DNA from: the human T2T-CHM13v2.0 reference genome, Homo sapiens
Reading direction: 5' to 3' (one strand)
DNA length: 64,000 bases
Assembly (NCBI RefSeq): GCF_009914755.1
Contig: NC_060941.1
Shown: positions 30,901 to 44,100 of the stretch, piece after piece
How the letters are laid out: every line of letters begins with the position of its first letter
Numbering within the stretch: position 1 is the first letter of the stretch
The notes under the pieces: model-generated
The model's input: the letters and a program-made list of their open reading frames with translations, nothing else
Database searches by the model: none
Told to the model about the DNA's origin: nothing
Made by a program: the position numbers and the translations under genes

Positions 30901-31380
30901 CTCCATTCTATTCCATTTCATTCAATTAAATTCCATTCCACTAGGCTTGATTCAATTCTATTCCATTCCATTCCATTCCATTCCATTCCACTAGGTTTGA
31001 TTCAATTCCATTCCCTTCCGTTCCAATCCATTCCATTCCGTTCCATTCTTTTAATTTCCTTTGCATTCCCCTCGGGTTGATTCTATTCCACTCTATTCCA
31101 TTCCATTCCACACCATTCCATTCTATTCATTCCATTCCTGTCCACTTGGGATCATCCAATTCCATTCTAATCCATTCCATTCCATTCCAATCCATTCCAC
31201 TCCAGTCGGGTTGACTGAATTCCATTCTATTCATTTCCATTCCATTCCATTCCATTCCATTCCATTCCTTTCCATTGCATTCCGTTCCATTCCAATCCTT
31301 TCCATTCCATTCCATTCCATTCCAATCGGGTTGACTCCATTCCATTCCATTCCAATCCATTCCGTTCCATTCCATTCCAC
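27916..31380 (+). repeat. Single-copy diverged HSat3 transition block, homologous to part of the right-hand macro-repeat
   Basis: 2.2 kb markers stop at ~27915 (the expected TACTATTGTATTCTT is absent). Words shared with the right unit appear in the same order: TTGATTGGC 28541 vs 33879, CCTTACAATTCAAATCC 29983 vs 35435, CTCCAGTCGGGTTGACTGAA 31200 vs 36256, but with many substitutions. Confidence 0.85.
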
Positions 31381-32630
31381 TCGGGTTGATACCAGTCCAT
31401 TCCATTCCATTCCATTCCATTCCATTCCATTCGATTTCAGTTGATTCTATTCCTTTCTATTCGATTAAATGCCATTCCATTCCATTCCATTTCATTCCAG
31501 TTAAATCCGTTATATTCCATTCCATTCCATTCCACTCGGGTTCATTCCATTCTGTTGTATTCCATTCCATTCCATTCTATTCCATACCATTCCATTCCAT
31601 TGCATTCCACTCGGGTTGATTCTATTCCATTCTGTTCCATTGCATTCCTTTCCGCTCCGTTCCATTCCATTGCATTCCATTCGGGTTGATTCAATTCCAT
31701 TCTATTCCATTCCATTCCATTCCTTTCCACGCGAGTTGATAAAATTCCATTCTATTCCTTTCTTTTCAATTCCATTCCATTCCATTCCACTCTGGTTGAT
31801 TACATTCCATTCCATGCCGTTCTATTCCACTCGGTGTGATTCCTTTCCATTCCATTCCCTTCCATTTCAATCCATTGCTTTCCTTTCCATTCCAATTCAT
31901 ACAATTCCATTCTATTCGATTCCATTCCTTTCCATTCCATTCCATTCCATTCCATTCCAGTTGATTCCATTCCATTCCTTTCGATTCCATTCCATTCCAT
32001 TCCATTCCATTCCACTCGGGTTGATTCCATTCCATTCCAGTCCATTCCATTCCACTCCGATGGGTTCCATTCCATTCCATTCCATTCCTTTCCATTCCAT
32101 TCCGTTCCACTCGGGTTGATTCCGTTCCAATCCATTCCATTCCAATCCATTCCTTTCCGTTCCATTCCATTCCATTCCATTCCATTCCATTCCATTCCGT
32201 TCCATTGCACTAGTTTTGTTTCCATTCCTGTCCATTCCATTCCATTGAAATCCATTCCATTCCACTCCATTCCACTAGGATTGATTCAATTCCATTCTAT
32301 TCCATTCCATTCCATTCCTTTCCATTCCATTACAATGCATTCCACTCAAGTTGATTCCATTCCATTCCATTCCATTCCATTGCATTCCATTCCATTGCAC
32401 TCCATTCCATTCCTTTCCACTCGTGTTGATTCCATTCCGTTCCATTCCATTCCAATACATTCCATTCCATTCCATTCGATTCCATTCCACTGGGGTTGGT
32501 TCCATTGCATTCCATTCCATTCCATACCATTCCATTCCATTCCAGTTGATGCAAATACTTTCTATTCGATTCAATTCCATTCCATTCCACTCCGTTCCCT
32601 TCCATTCTATTCCATTCCATTGCATTCCAC
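31381..32630 (+). repeat. Orphan ~1.25 kb fragment of the 2.2 kb HOR
   Basis: Carries left-array alleles in left-array order: GATACCAGTCC 31388, GTTAAATCCG 31500, CGCGAGTTGATAAAA 31730, CGGTGTGA 31832, ACTAGTTTT 32209, TACAATGC 32331, TGCAAATACT 32550. It breaks off at ~32630. Confidence 0.9.
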
Positions 32631-32970
32631 TCTGGTTGATTCCATTCCATTCCATGCCATTCTCTTCCACTCGGTTTGATTCCTTTCCATTCCGTTCCCT
32701 TCCATTTCATTCCATTGCTTTCCTTTCCATTCCAAGTGATACAATTCCATTCTATTCGATTCCATTCCATTCCATTCCATTCCAGTAGATTCCATTGCAT
32801 TCCTTTCGATTCCATTCCATTCCATTCCATTCCATTCCAATCGTGTTGATTCCATTCTATTCCATTCCATTCCATTCCACTCGGGTTGATTCCATTCCAT
32901 TCCAGTCCATTCCATTCCACTCGGATGGATTCCATTCCATTCCATTCCATTCCATTCCATTCCATTCCAT

Positions 32971-35900
32971 TCGGGTTGATTCCATTGCATTCCATTCCAT
33001 TCCATTCCATTCCATTCCATTCCACTAGGGTGGATTCCATTGCACTCCATTCCAATCCATTCCATTGCTTTTCTTCCATTCCACTGGGGTTGATTCCATT
33101 CCATTTCATTCCTTTCTATTTCATTCCATTCCATTACTCTGGGGTTGATTCAATTCCGTTCTATTCCATGCCATTCCATTCCATTCCATTGCATTCCATT
33201 CCATTCCATTCCATTAGGGTTAATTCAAATCCATTCTATTCCATTCCTTTCCATTCCATTCCATTCCACTCGTGTTGATTCAATTCCATTCTATTCCATT
33301 CCATTCCATTCCATTCCATTCCATTGCATTCCATTCCATTCCAGTTGATTGAATTCCATTCTATTACATGTCATTCCATTCTATTCCATTACTTTCCATT
33401 CCATTCCAATCCATTCTATTCCAGATTATTCAATTCCATACTATTCCATTCCTGTACATTCCATTCCACTCCATTCCATTCCATTTCATTCCATTGCATT
33501 CGAGTTTCTTCCATTAAATTCCATTCCATTCCATTGAATTCCATTCTGTTCCATTCCATTCCACTCGCTTTGTTTCCATTCCATTCCATTCCATTCCAGT
33601 TGATTCAATTCCATTCTGTTCCATTCGGATCCATTCCATTCCATACAATTCCATTACATTCCATTCAAATTGATTCCATTACATTCCCTTCCAATCCATT
33701 GCATTCCATTCCATTCCATTACATTCCACTCCACTCGGATTGATTCAATTCCATTCTATTCCATTCCATTCCATTCCATTTAATTCCTTTCGATTCCATT
33801 GCATTCCATTCCACTTGGGTTGAATTCATTCCACTCCATTCCATTCCATTCCATTCCATTACATTCCGTTCCGTTCCTTTGATTGGCGTTGCATTCCACT
33901 GCATTCCATTCCATTCCATTCCATTCCATTCTACTCGGGTTGACTTAATTCCATTCTATTGCTTTCCATTCCATTCCAATCCGTTCCATTCCATTGCAGT
34001 TGATTGAATTCTATTGTAATTCATTCCTTTCCATTCCATTCCATTCCATCCCAGTTGATTTAATTCCATTCTATTCCATTCCATTGCATTCCATTCCATT
34101 CCAGTTGATTCAATTCCATTCTATTCCATTCCATTCCATTTCGTTCCATTTCATTGCATTCCATTCCACTCGATTTGATTCAGTTCTATTCCATTCCATT
34201 AAATTCCATTCCACTAGGGTTGATTCATTTCCATTCTATTCCATTCCATCGCAATCCATTCCATTCCATTAAATTCCATTCCACTAGGGTTGATTCATTT
34301 CCATTCTATTCCATTCCATCGCACTCCATTCCATTCCATTCTATTCCATTCCATTCCGTTCCATTCCATTCCATTCCACTGCATTCCAGTTGATTCCATT
34401 CCATTCCATTCCATTCTTTCTATTCCATTCAATTCTATTCGAGTCCAGTTGATTCAATTTCATTCTATTCCTCTCCATTCTATACCATTTCATTCCATTC
34501 CACTAGGCTTGATTCAATTCTGTTCCATTCCATTCTATTCCATTCCATTCCATTCCATTCCATTCCACTAGGTTTGATTCAATTCCATTCCCTTCCGTTC
34601 CAATCCATTCCATTCCATTCTATTCCTTTAAATTCCTTTGCTTTCTACTCGGGTTAATTCTATTCCATTCTTTTCCATTGCATTCCATACCATTCCATTC
34701 CATTCCACTCCACTCGGGTTCATCCAATTCCATTCCATTCCATTCCATTCCATTCCATTCCATTCCATTCCAATCCATTCCACTCCAGTCGGGTTGACTC
34801 AATTCCATTCTATTCATTACCATTCCATTCCATTCCATTCCTTTCCATTGCATTCCATTCCATTCCATTCCATTCCATTCCATTCCTTTCCATTCCATTA
34901 CATTGCATTCCATTCCACTCGGGTTGATTCCATTCCATTCCATTCCATTCCATTCCAATCCATTCCCTTCCATTGCATTCCATTTGATTCCATTCCATTC
35001 CATTCCATTCCATTCCATTCCATTCCAATCCATTGCCCTCCATTCCATTGCATTCCACTCTCCTTGATTCAATTGTATTCCATTCCATTCCATTCCATTC
35101 CACTACATTCCATTCCATTACACTCGGTTTGATTCCATTCCATTCCATTCCATTCCATTCCATTCCATTCCATTCCATTCCTTTCCAGTTGATTCAATTC
35201 CATTCTATTCCATTCTTTTTCATTCCATTCCTTTCCATTCCATTCCAATCCAGTTCATTCCATTCCATTCCATTCCAATCCATTCCAGTTTATTCCATTC
35301 CATTCCATTCCCTTCGATTCGATTCCATTCCATTCCATTGCATACCATTCCATTCCACTCAGATTGATCGAATTCCAATCTATTTCATTCCATTCCATTC
35401 CATTCCACTCGGGTTGATTCCATTCCATTCCATTCCTTACAATTCAAATCCATTCCGTTCCATTTGATTCAATTCCATTCTATTCCATTTCACTCGATTC
35501 CATTCCATTCCATTCCAATCCATTCCATTCCTTTCCACTCTGTTTGATTCCATTCCATTCCTTGCCATTCGCTTCCATTCCATCCCATTCCACTCTGGAT
35601 GATTCCATTCTATTCCATTCCATTCCATTCAGTTCCACTCCATTCGATTCCACTCGTGTTGATTCCATTCCATTCCATTCCATTACATTCCATCCATTCC
35701 AGTTGATTCAATTCAATTCTATTCCATTCCATTCCATTTCTTTCCATTTCATTCCATTCCATTCCACTCGGGTTGATTCAGTTCTATTCCATTCCATTAA
35801 ATTCTATTCCGTTCCATCGCACTCCATTCCATTACCTTCTATTCCATTCCAATCCATTCCATTCCATTCCATTGCATTACAGTTGATTCCATTCCATTCC

Positions 35901-38900
35901 ATTCCATTCTATTCCATTCAATTCCATTCGAGTCCAGTTGATTCAATTCCATTCTATTCCACTACATTGTATTCCATTTCATTCCATTAAATTCCATTCC
36001 ACTAGGCTTGATTCAATACTATTCCATTCCATTCCATTCCATTCTACTAGGTTTGATTCAATTCCATTCCCTTCCGTTCCAATCCATTCTATTCCATTCC
36101 ATTCCTGTAATTTCCTTTGCATTCCACTCGGGTTGATTCTATTCCACTCTATTCCATTCCATTCCACACCATTCCATTCTATTCCATTCCATTCCACTCC
36201 ACTCGGGTTCATCCAATTCCATTCTAATCCATTCCATTCCATTCCAATCCATTCCACTCCAGTCGGGTTGACTGAATTCCATTCTATTCATTTCCATTCC
36301 ATTCCATTCCATTCCATTCCATTCCATTCCATTCCATTCCTTTCCGTTGCATTCCGTTCCATTCCAATCCTTTCCATTGCATTCCATTCCACTCGGGTTG
36401 ACTCCATTCCATTCCATTCCATGCCATTCCAATCCATTCCATTCCACTCGGTTTGATTCTATTCCATTCAATTCCATTCCATTCCACACTATTGCATTCC
36501 ATTCCATTCCATTCCACTCTACTCAGGTTCATTCAATTCCATTCTATTCCATTGCATTCCATTCCATTCCAAATCATTCCACTCCATTCGGTTTCACTCA
36601 ATTCCATTCTATTCATTTCCATTCCATTCCTTTCCATTGCATTCCATTCCATTCCTTTCCATTCCATTCCATTCCACTCGAATTGATTCATTTCCATTCC
36701 ATTCCTTTCCATTCCACTCCACTCCATTCCATTCCTTTCCATTCCACTCCACTCCATTCCATTCCATTCCATTCCATTCCATTCCATTCCATTCCAGTTG
36801 ATTCAATTCCATACTATTGTATTCTTTTCTATTCTATTTGATTCCATTCCATTCCATTCCTCTCGGATGGATTCCATTCCATTCCATTCCATTCCATTCC
36901 ATTCCATTCCGTTCCATTCCATTCGTGTTGTTTCCATTCCATTCCATTCCATTCCATTCGAATTCATTCCATTCCTCTTCATGTCACTCGGATTGATTTA
37001 ATTCCATTCCAACCCATTCCATTCCACTCCATTACATTCGATAACATTACATTCCAGTCAGTTTGATTCAACTCCATTCCATTCCATTCCATTCCATTCC
37101 ATTCCATTCCTTTCTATTACACGGCGGTTGATTCCATTCCATTCCCTTCCATTCCATTCCACTCGAATGGATTCAATTCCATTGTGTTCCAATCCATTCC
37201 ATTCCATTCCATTCCACTCGGGTTGATTCCATTCCATTCCATTCCATTCCATTCCATTCCATTCCATTCCATTCCATTCCATTCCACTAGGGTTGATTTC
37301 CTTGCATTCCATTCGAATCCATTCCATTCCATTCCATTCCATTCCATTCCATTCCAATCCATTCCACTCGGGTTGTTTCCATTCCATTTCATTCCTTTCC
37401 ATTCCATTCCATTCCATTCCACTCGGGTTGATTCAATTCCATTCTATTCCAGTCCATTCCGTTTCATTCCATTCCACTCGGGTTGATTCCAGTCCATTCC
37501 ATTCCATTCCATTCCATTCGATTTCAGTTGATTCTATTCATTTCTATTCGATTCAATGCCATTCCATTCCATTCCATTACATTCCAGTTGAATCCGTTAT
37601 ATTCCATTCCATTCCATTCCACTTGGGTTCATTCCATTCTGTTGTATTCCATTCCATTCCATTCTATTCCATACCATTCCATTCCATTGCATTCCACTCG
37701 GGTTGATTCTATTCCATTCTGTTCCATTACATTGCATTCCACTCCGTTCCATTCCATTGCATTCCACTCGGGTTGATTCAATTCCATTCTATTCCATTCC
37801 ATTCCATTCGTTTCCACGTGAGTTGATACAATTCCATTCTATTCCTTTCCTTTCAATTCCATTCCATTCCGTTCCACTCTGGTTGATTCCATTCCATTCC
37901 ATGCCATTCTATTCCACTCGGTTTGACTCCTTTCCATTCCATTCCCTTCCATTTCAATCCATTGCTTTCCTTTCCATTCCAATTAATACAATTCCATTCT
38001 ATTCGATTCCATTCCATTCCATTCCATTCCATTCCATTCCATTCCATTCCAGTTGATTCCATTCCATTCCTTTCGATTCCATTCCATTCCATTCCATTGC
38101 ATTCCATTCCATTCCATTGCACTCGGGTTGATTCCATTCCATTCCAGTCCATTCCACTCCACTCGGATGGATTCCATTCCATTCCATTCCATTCCATTCC
38201 ATTCCATTCCACCCGGGTTGATTCCATTCCATTCCATTCCATTCCATTCCATTCCATTCCATTCCATTCCATTCCACTAGGGTGGATTCCATTGCATTCC
38301 ATTCCTATCCATTCCATTCCTTTCCATTCCATTCCACTGGGGTTGATTCCACTCCATTTCATTCCTTTCCATTTCATTCCATTCCATTACTCTCGGGTTG
38401 ATTCAATTCCGTTCTGTTCCATGCCATTCCATTGCATTCCTTTGTATTCCATTCCATTACATTCCATTATGGTTAATTCAAATCCATTCTATTCCATTGC
38501 TTTCCATTCCATTCCATTCCACTCGTGCTGATTCAATTCCATTCTATTCCATTCTATTCCATTCCATTCCATTCCATTCCATTCCATTCCATTCCACTCG
38601 GGTTCACTCCATTCCATTCCATTCCATTCCATTCCATTCCATTCCATTCCAGTTGATTCAATTCCATTCTATTACATGTCATTCCATTCTATTCCATTAC
38701 TTTCCATTACATTCCATTCCATTCTATTCCAGATTATTCAATTCCATACTATTCCATTCCATTCCATTCCATTCCAGTCCATTCCATTCCATTTCATTCC
38801 ATTGCATTGGAGTTTCTTCCATTCCATTCTATTCCATTCCATTGAATTCCATTCCGTTCCATTCCATTCCACTCGCTTTGTTTCCATTCCATTCCATCCC

Positions 38901-41107
38901 ACTCCCTTCCATTCCATTCTATTCAATTCCATTCCATTCCATTCGATTCCATTCCATTCCAGTACATTACATTCCAGTTGATTCAATTCCATTCTGTTCC
39001 ATTCGGATCCATTCCATTCCATTCCGTTCAATTCCATTCCATTGCATTCCAGTTGATTCAATTCCATTCTATTCCATTCCGTTCCATTCCATACAATTCC
39101 ATTCCATTCCATTCCAATTGATTCCATTCCATTCCCTTCCAATCCGTTGCATTCCATTCCATTCCATTCCACTCGGATTGATACAATTCCATTCTATTCC
39201 ATTCCATTCCATTTAATTCCATTCCATTCCATTCCATTTAATTCCATTCCATTCCATTCCATTGCTTTCCATTCCACTTGGGTTGAATTCATTCCACTGC
39301 ATTCCATTCCATTCCATTCCACTACATTCCATTCCTTTCCTTTGATTGGCATTGCATTCCATTGCATTCCATTCCATTCCATTCCATTCTACTCGGGTTG
39401 ATTCAATTCCATTCTATTGCTTTCCATTCCATTCCAATCCGTTCCATTCCATTGCAGTTGATTGAATTCTATTCTAATTCATTGCTTTCCATTCAATTCC
39501 ATTCCATCCCAGTTGATTTAATTCCATTGTATTCCATTCTATTCCATTCCATTGCATTCCATTCCATTCCAGTTGATTCAATTCCATTCTATTCCATTGC
39601 ATTCCATTTCGTTCCATTTCATTCCATTCCATTCCACTCGGGTTGATTCAGTTCGATTCCATTGCATTAAATTCCATTCCACTTGGGTTGATTCAATTCC
39701 ATTCTATTCCGTTTCATCGCACTCCATTCCATTCCATTCCATTCCATTCCATTCCATTCCATTCCATTGCATTACAGTTGATTCCATTCCTTTCCATTCC
39801 ATTCTATTCCATTCAATTCCATTCGAGTCCGGTTGATTCAATTCCATTCTATTCCACTCCATTCTATTCCATTTCATTCCATTAAATTCCCTTCCACTAG
39901 GCTTGATTCAATTCTATTCCATTCCATTCCACTAGGTTTGATTCAATTCCATTCCCTTCCGTTCCAATCCATTCCATTCCATTCCACTCCTTTAATTTCC
40001 TTTGCATTCCACTCGGGTTGATTCTATTCCATTCTATTCCATTCCATTCCACACCATTCCATTCTATTCCATTCCATTCCACTCCACTCGGGTTCATCCA
40101 ATTCCATGCTAATCCATTCCATTCCATTACATTCCATTCCAATCCATTCCACTCCAGTCAGGTTGACTGAATTCCATTCTATTCATTTCCATTCCATTCC
40201 ATTACATTCCATTCCTTTCCGTTGCATTCCATTCCATTCCAATCCTTTCCATTCCTTTCCATTGCGTTCCATTCCCCTCGGGTTGATTCCATTCCATTCC
40301 ATTCTATTCCATTCAATTCCATTCCAGTTGATTCAATTCCTTTCTATTCCACTCCATTCTATTCCATTTCATTCCATTAAATTCCATTCCACTAGGCTTG
40401 ATTCAATTCTATTCCATTCCATTCCATTACATTCCATTCCATTCCATTCCATTCCTTTCCACTTCGGTTGAATTCATTCCACTCCATTCCAATCCATTCC
40501 ATTCCATTCCATTCCATTCCATTCCATTCTACTCGGGTTGATTCAATTCCATTCTATTGCTTTCCATTCCATTCCAATCCATTCCATTCCATTGCAGTTG
40601 ATTGAATTCTATTCTAATTCATTGCTTTCCATTCCATTCCATTCCATCCCAGTTGATTTAATTCCATTCTATTCCGTTCCGTTCTATTCCAGTTGATTCA
40701 ATTCCATTCTATTCCATTCCATTCCATTTCGTTCCATTTCATTCCATTCCATTCCACTCGGGTTGATTCAGTTCTATTCCATTCCATTAAATTCCATTCC
40801 AATAGGGTTGATTCAATTCCATTCTATTCCATTCCATCGCACTCCTTTCCATTCCATTCTATTCCATTCCATTCAGTTCCATTCCATTCCATTCCATTGC
40901 ATTCCAGTTGATTCCATTCCATTCCATTCCATTCTATTCCATTCAATTCGATTCGAGGCCAGTTGATTCAACTTCATTCTATTCCACTCCATTCTATACC
41001 ATTTCATTCCATTAAATTCCATTCCACTAGGCTTGATTCAATTATATTCCATTCCATTCCATTCCATTCCATTCCATTCCATTCCATTCCATTCCATTCC
41101 ATTCCAT
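32971..41107 (+). repeat. Macro-repeat copy 1 (short variant, ~8.14 kb)
   Basis: Collinear with copies 2 and 3 but lacks a ~1.47 kb block at ~40415-40450. Confidence 0.9.
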
Positions 41108-44100
41108 TCGGGTTGATTCCATTGCATTCCATTCCATTCCATTCCATTCCATTCCATTCCATTCCACTAGGGTGGATTCCATTGCACTCCATTCCAATCC
41201 ATTCCATTGCTTTTCTTCCATTCCACTGGGGTTGATTCCATTCCATTTCATTCCTTTCTATTTCATTCCATTCCATTACTCTGGGGTTGATTCAATTCCG
41301 TTCTATTCCATGCCATTCCATTCCATTCCATTGCATTCCATTCCATTCCATTCCATTAGGGTTAATTCAAATCCATTCTATTCCATTCCTTTCCATTCCA
41401 TTCCATTCCACTCGTGTTGATTCAATTCCATTCTATTCCATTCCATTCCATTCCATTCCATTCCATTGCATTCCATTCCATTCCAGTTGATTGAATTCCA
41501 TTCTATTACATGTCATTCCATTCTATTCCATTACTTTCCATTCCATTCCAATCCATTCTATTCCAGATTATTCAATTCCATACTATTCCATTCCTGTACA
41601 TTCCATTCCAGTCCATTCCATTCCATTTCATTCCATTGCATTCGAGTTTCTTCCATTAAATTCCATTCCATTCCATTGAATTCCATTCTGTTCCATTCCA
41701 TTCCACTCGCTTTGTTTCCATTCCATTCCATTCCATTCCAGTTGATTCAATTCCATTCTGTTCCATTCGGATCCATTCCATTCCATACAATTCCATTACA
41801 TTCCATTCAAATTGATTCCATTACATTCCCTTCCAATCCATTGCATTCCATTCCATTCCATTACATTCCACTCCACTCGGATTGATTCAATTCCATTCTA
41901 TTCCATTCCATTCCATTCCATTTAATTCCTTTCGATTCCATTGCATTCCATTCCACTTGGGTTGAATTCATTCCACTCCATTCCATTCCATTCCATTCCA
42001 TTACATTCCGTTCCGTTCCTTTGATTGGCGTTGCATTCCACTGCATTCCATTCCATTCCATTCCATTCCATTCTACTCGGGTTGACTTAATTCCATTCTA
42101 TTGCTTTCCATTCCATTCCAATCCGTTCCATTCCATTGCAGTTGATTGAATTCTATTGTAATTCATTCCTTTCCATTCCATTCCATTCCATCCCAGTTGA
42201 TTTAATTCCATTCTATTCCATTCCATTGCATTCCATTCCATTCCAGTTGATTCAATTCCATTCTATTCCATTCCATTCCATTTCGTTCCATTTCATTGCA
42301 TTCCATTCCACTCGATTTGATTCAGTTCTATTCCATTCCATTAAATTCCATTCCACTAGGGTTGATTCATTTCCATTCTATTCCATTCCATCGCAATCCA
42401 TTCCATTCCATTAAATTCCATTCCACTAGGGTTGATTCATTTCCATTCTATTCCATTCCATCGCACTCCATTCCATTCCATTCTATTCCATTCCATTCCG
42501 TTCCATTCCATTCCATTCCACTGCATTCCAGTTGATTCCATTCCATTCCATTCCATTCTTTCTATTCCATTCAATTCTATTCGAGTCCAGTTGATTCAAT
42601 TTCATTCTATTCCTCTCCATTCTATACCATTTCATTCCATTCCACTAGGCTTGATTCAATTCTGTTCCATTCCATTCTATTCCATTCCATTCCATTCCAT
42701 TCCATTCCACTAGGTTTGATTCAATTCCATTCCCTTCCGTTCCAATCCATTCCATTCCATTCTATTCCTTTAAATTCCTTTGCTTTCTACTCGGGTTAAT
42801 TCTATTCCATTCTTTTCCATTGCATTCCATACCATTCCATTCCATTCCACTCCACTCGGGTTCATCCAATTCCATTCCATTCCATTCCATTCCATTCCAT
42901 TCCATTCCATTCCAATCCATTCCACTCCAGTCGGGTTGACTCAATTCCATTCTATTCATTACCATTCCATTCCATTCCATTCCTTTCCATTGCATTCCAT
43001 TCCATTCCATTCCATTCCATTCCATTCCTTTCCATTCCATTACATTGCATTCCATTCCACTCGGGTTGATTCCATTCCATTCCATTCCATTCCATTCCAA
43101 TCCATTCCCTTCCATTGCATTCCATTTGATTCCATTCCATTCCATTCCATTCCATTCCATTCCAATCCATTGCCCTCCATTCCATTGCATTCCACTCTCC
43201 TTGATTCAATTGTATTCCATTCCATTCCATTCCATTCCACTACATTCCATTCCATTACACTCGGTTTGATTCCATTCCATTCCATTCCATTCCATTCCAT
43301 TCCATTCCTTTCCAGTTGATTCAATTCCATTCTATTCCATTCTTTTTCATTCCATTCCTTTCCATTCCATTCCAATCCAGTTCATTCCATTCCATTCCAT
43401 TCCAATCCATTCCAGTTTATTCCATTCCATTCCATTCCCTTCGATTCGATTCCATTCCATTCCATTGCATACCATTCCATTCCACTCAGATTGATCGAAT
43501 TCCAATCTATTTCATTCCATTCCATTCCATTCCACTCGGGTTGATTCCATTCCATTCCATTCCTTACAATTCAAATCCATTCCGTTCCATTTGATTCAAT
43601 TCCATTCTATTCCATTTCACTCGATTCCATTCCATTCCATTCCAATCCATTCCATTCCTTTCCACTCTGTTTGATTCCATTCCATTCCTTGCCATTCGCT
43701 TCCATTCCATCCCATTCCACTCTGGATGATTCCATTCTATTCCATTCCATTCCATTCAGTTCCACTCCATTCGATTCCACTCGTGTTGATTCCATTCCAT
43801 TCCATTCCATTACATTCCATCCATTCCAGTTGATTCAATTCAATTCTATTCCATTCCATTCCATTTCTTTCCATTTCATTCCATTCCATTCCACTCGGGT
43901 TGATTCAGTTCTATTCCATTCCATTAAATTCTATTCCGTTCCATCGCACTCCATTCCATTACCTTCTATTCCATTCCAATCCATTCCATTCCATTCCATT
44001 GCATTACAGTTGATTCCATTCCATTCCATTCCATTCTATTCCATTCAATTCCATTCGAGTCCAGTTGATTCAATTCCATTCTATTCCACTACATTGTATT

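Noticed and set aside
27916-32970. Possible transposon or non-satellite insertion at the domain boundary
   Set aside because: The sequence remains CATTC-derived throughout. No Alu or L1 sequence, poly(A) tail, target-site duplication or terminal repeats were seen.
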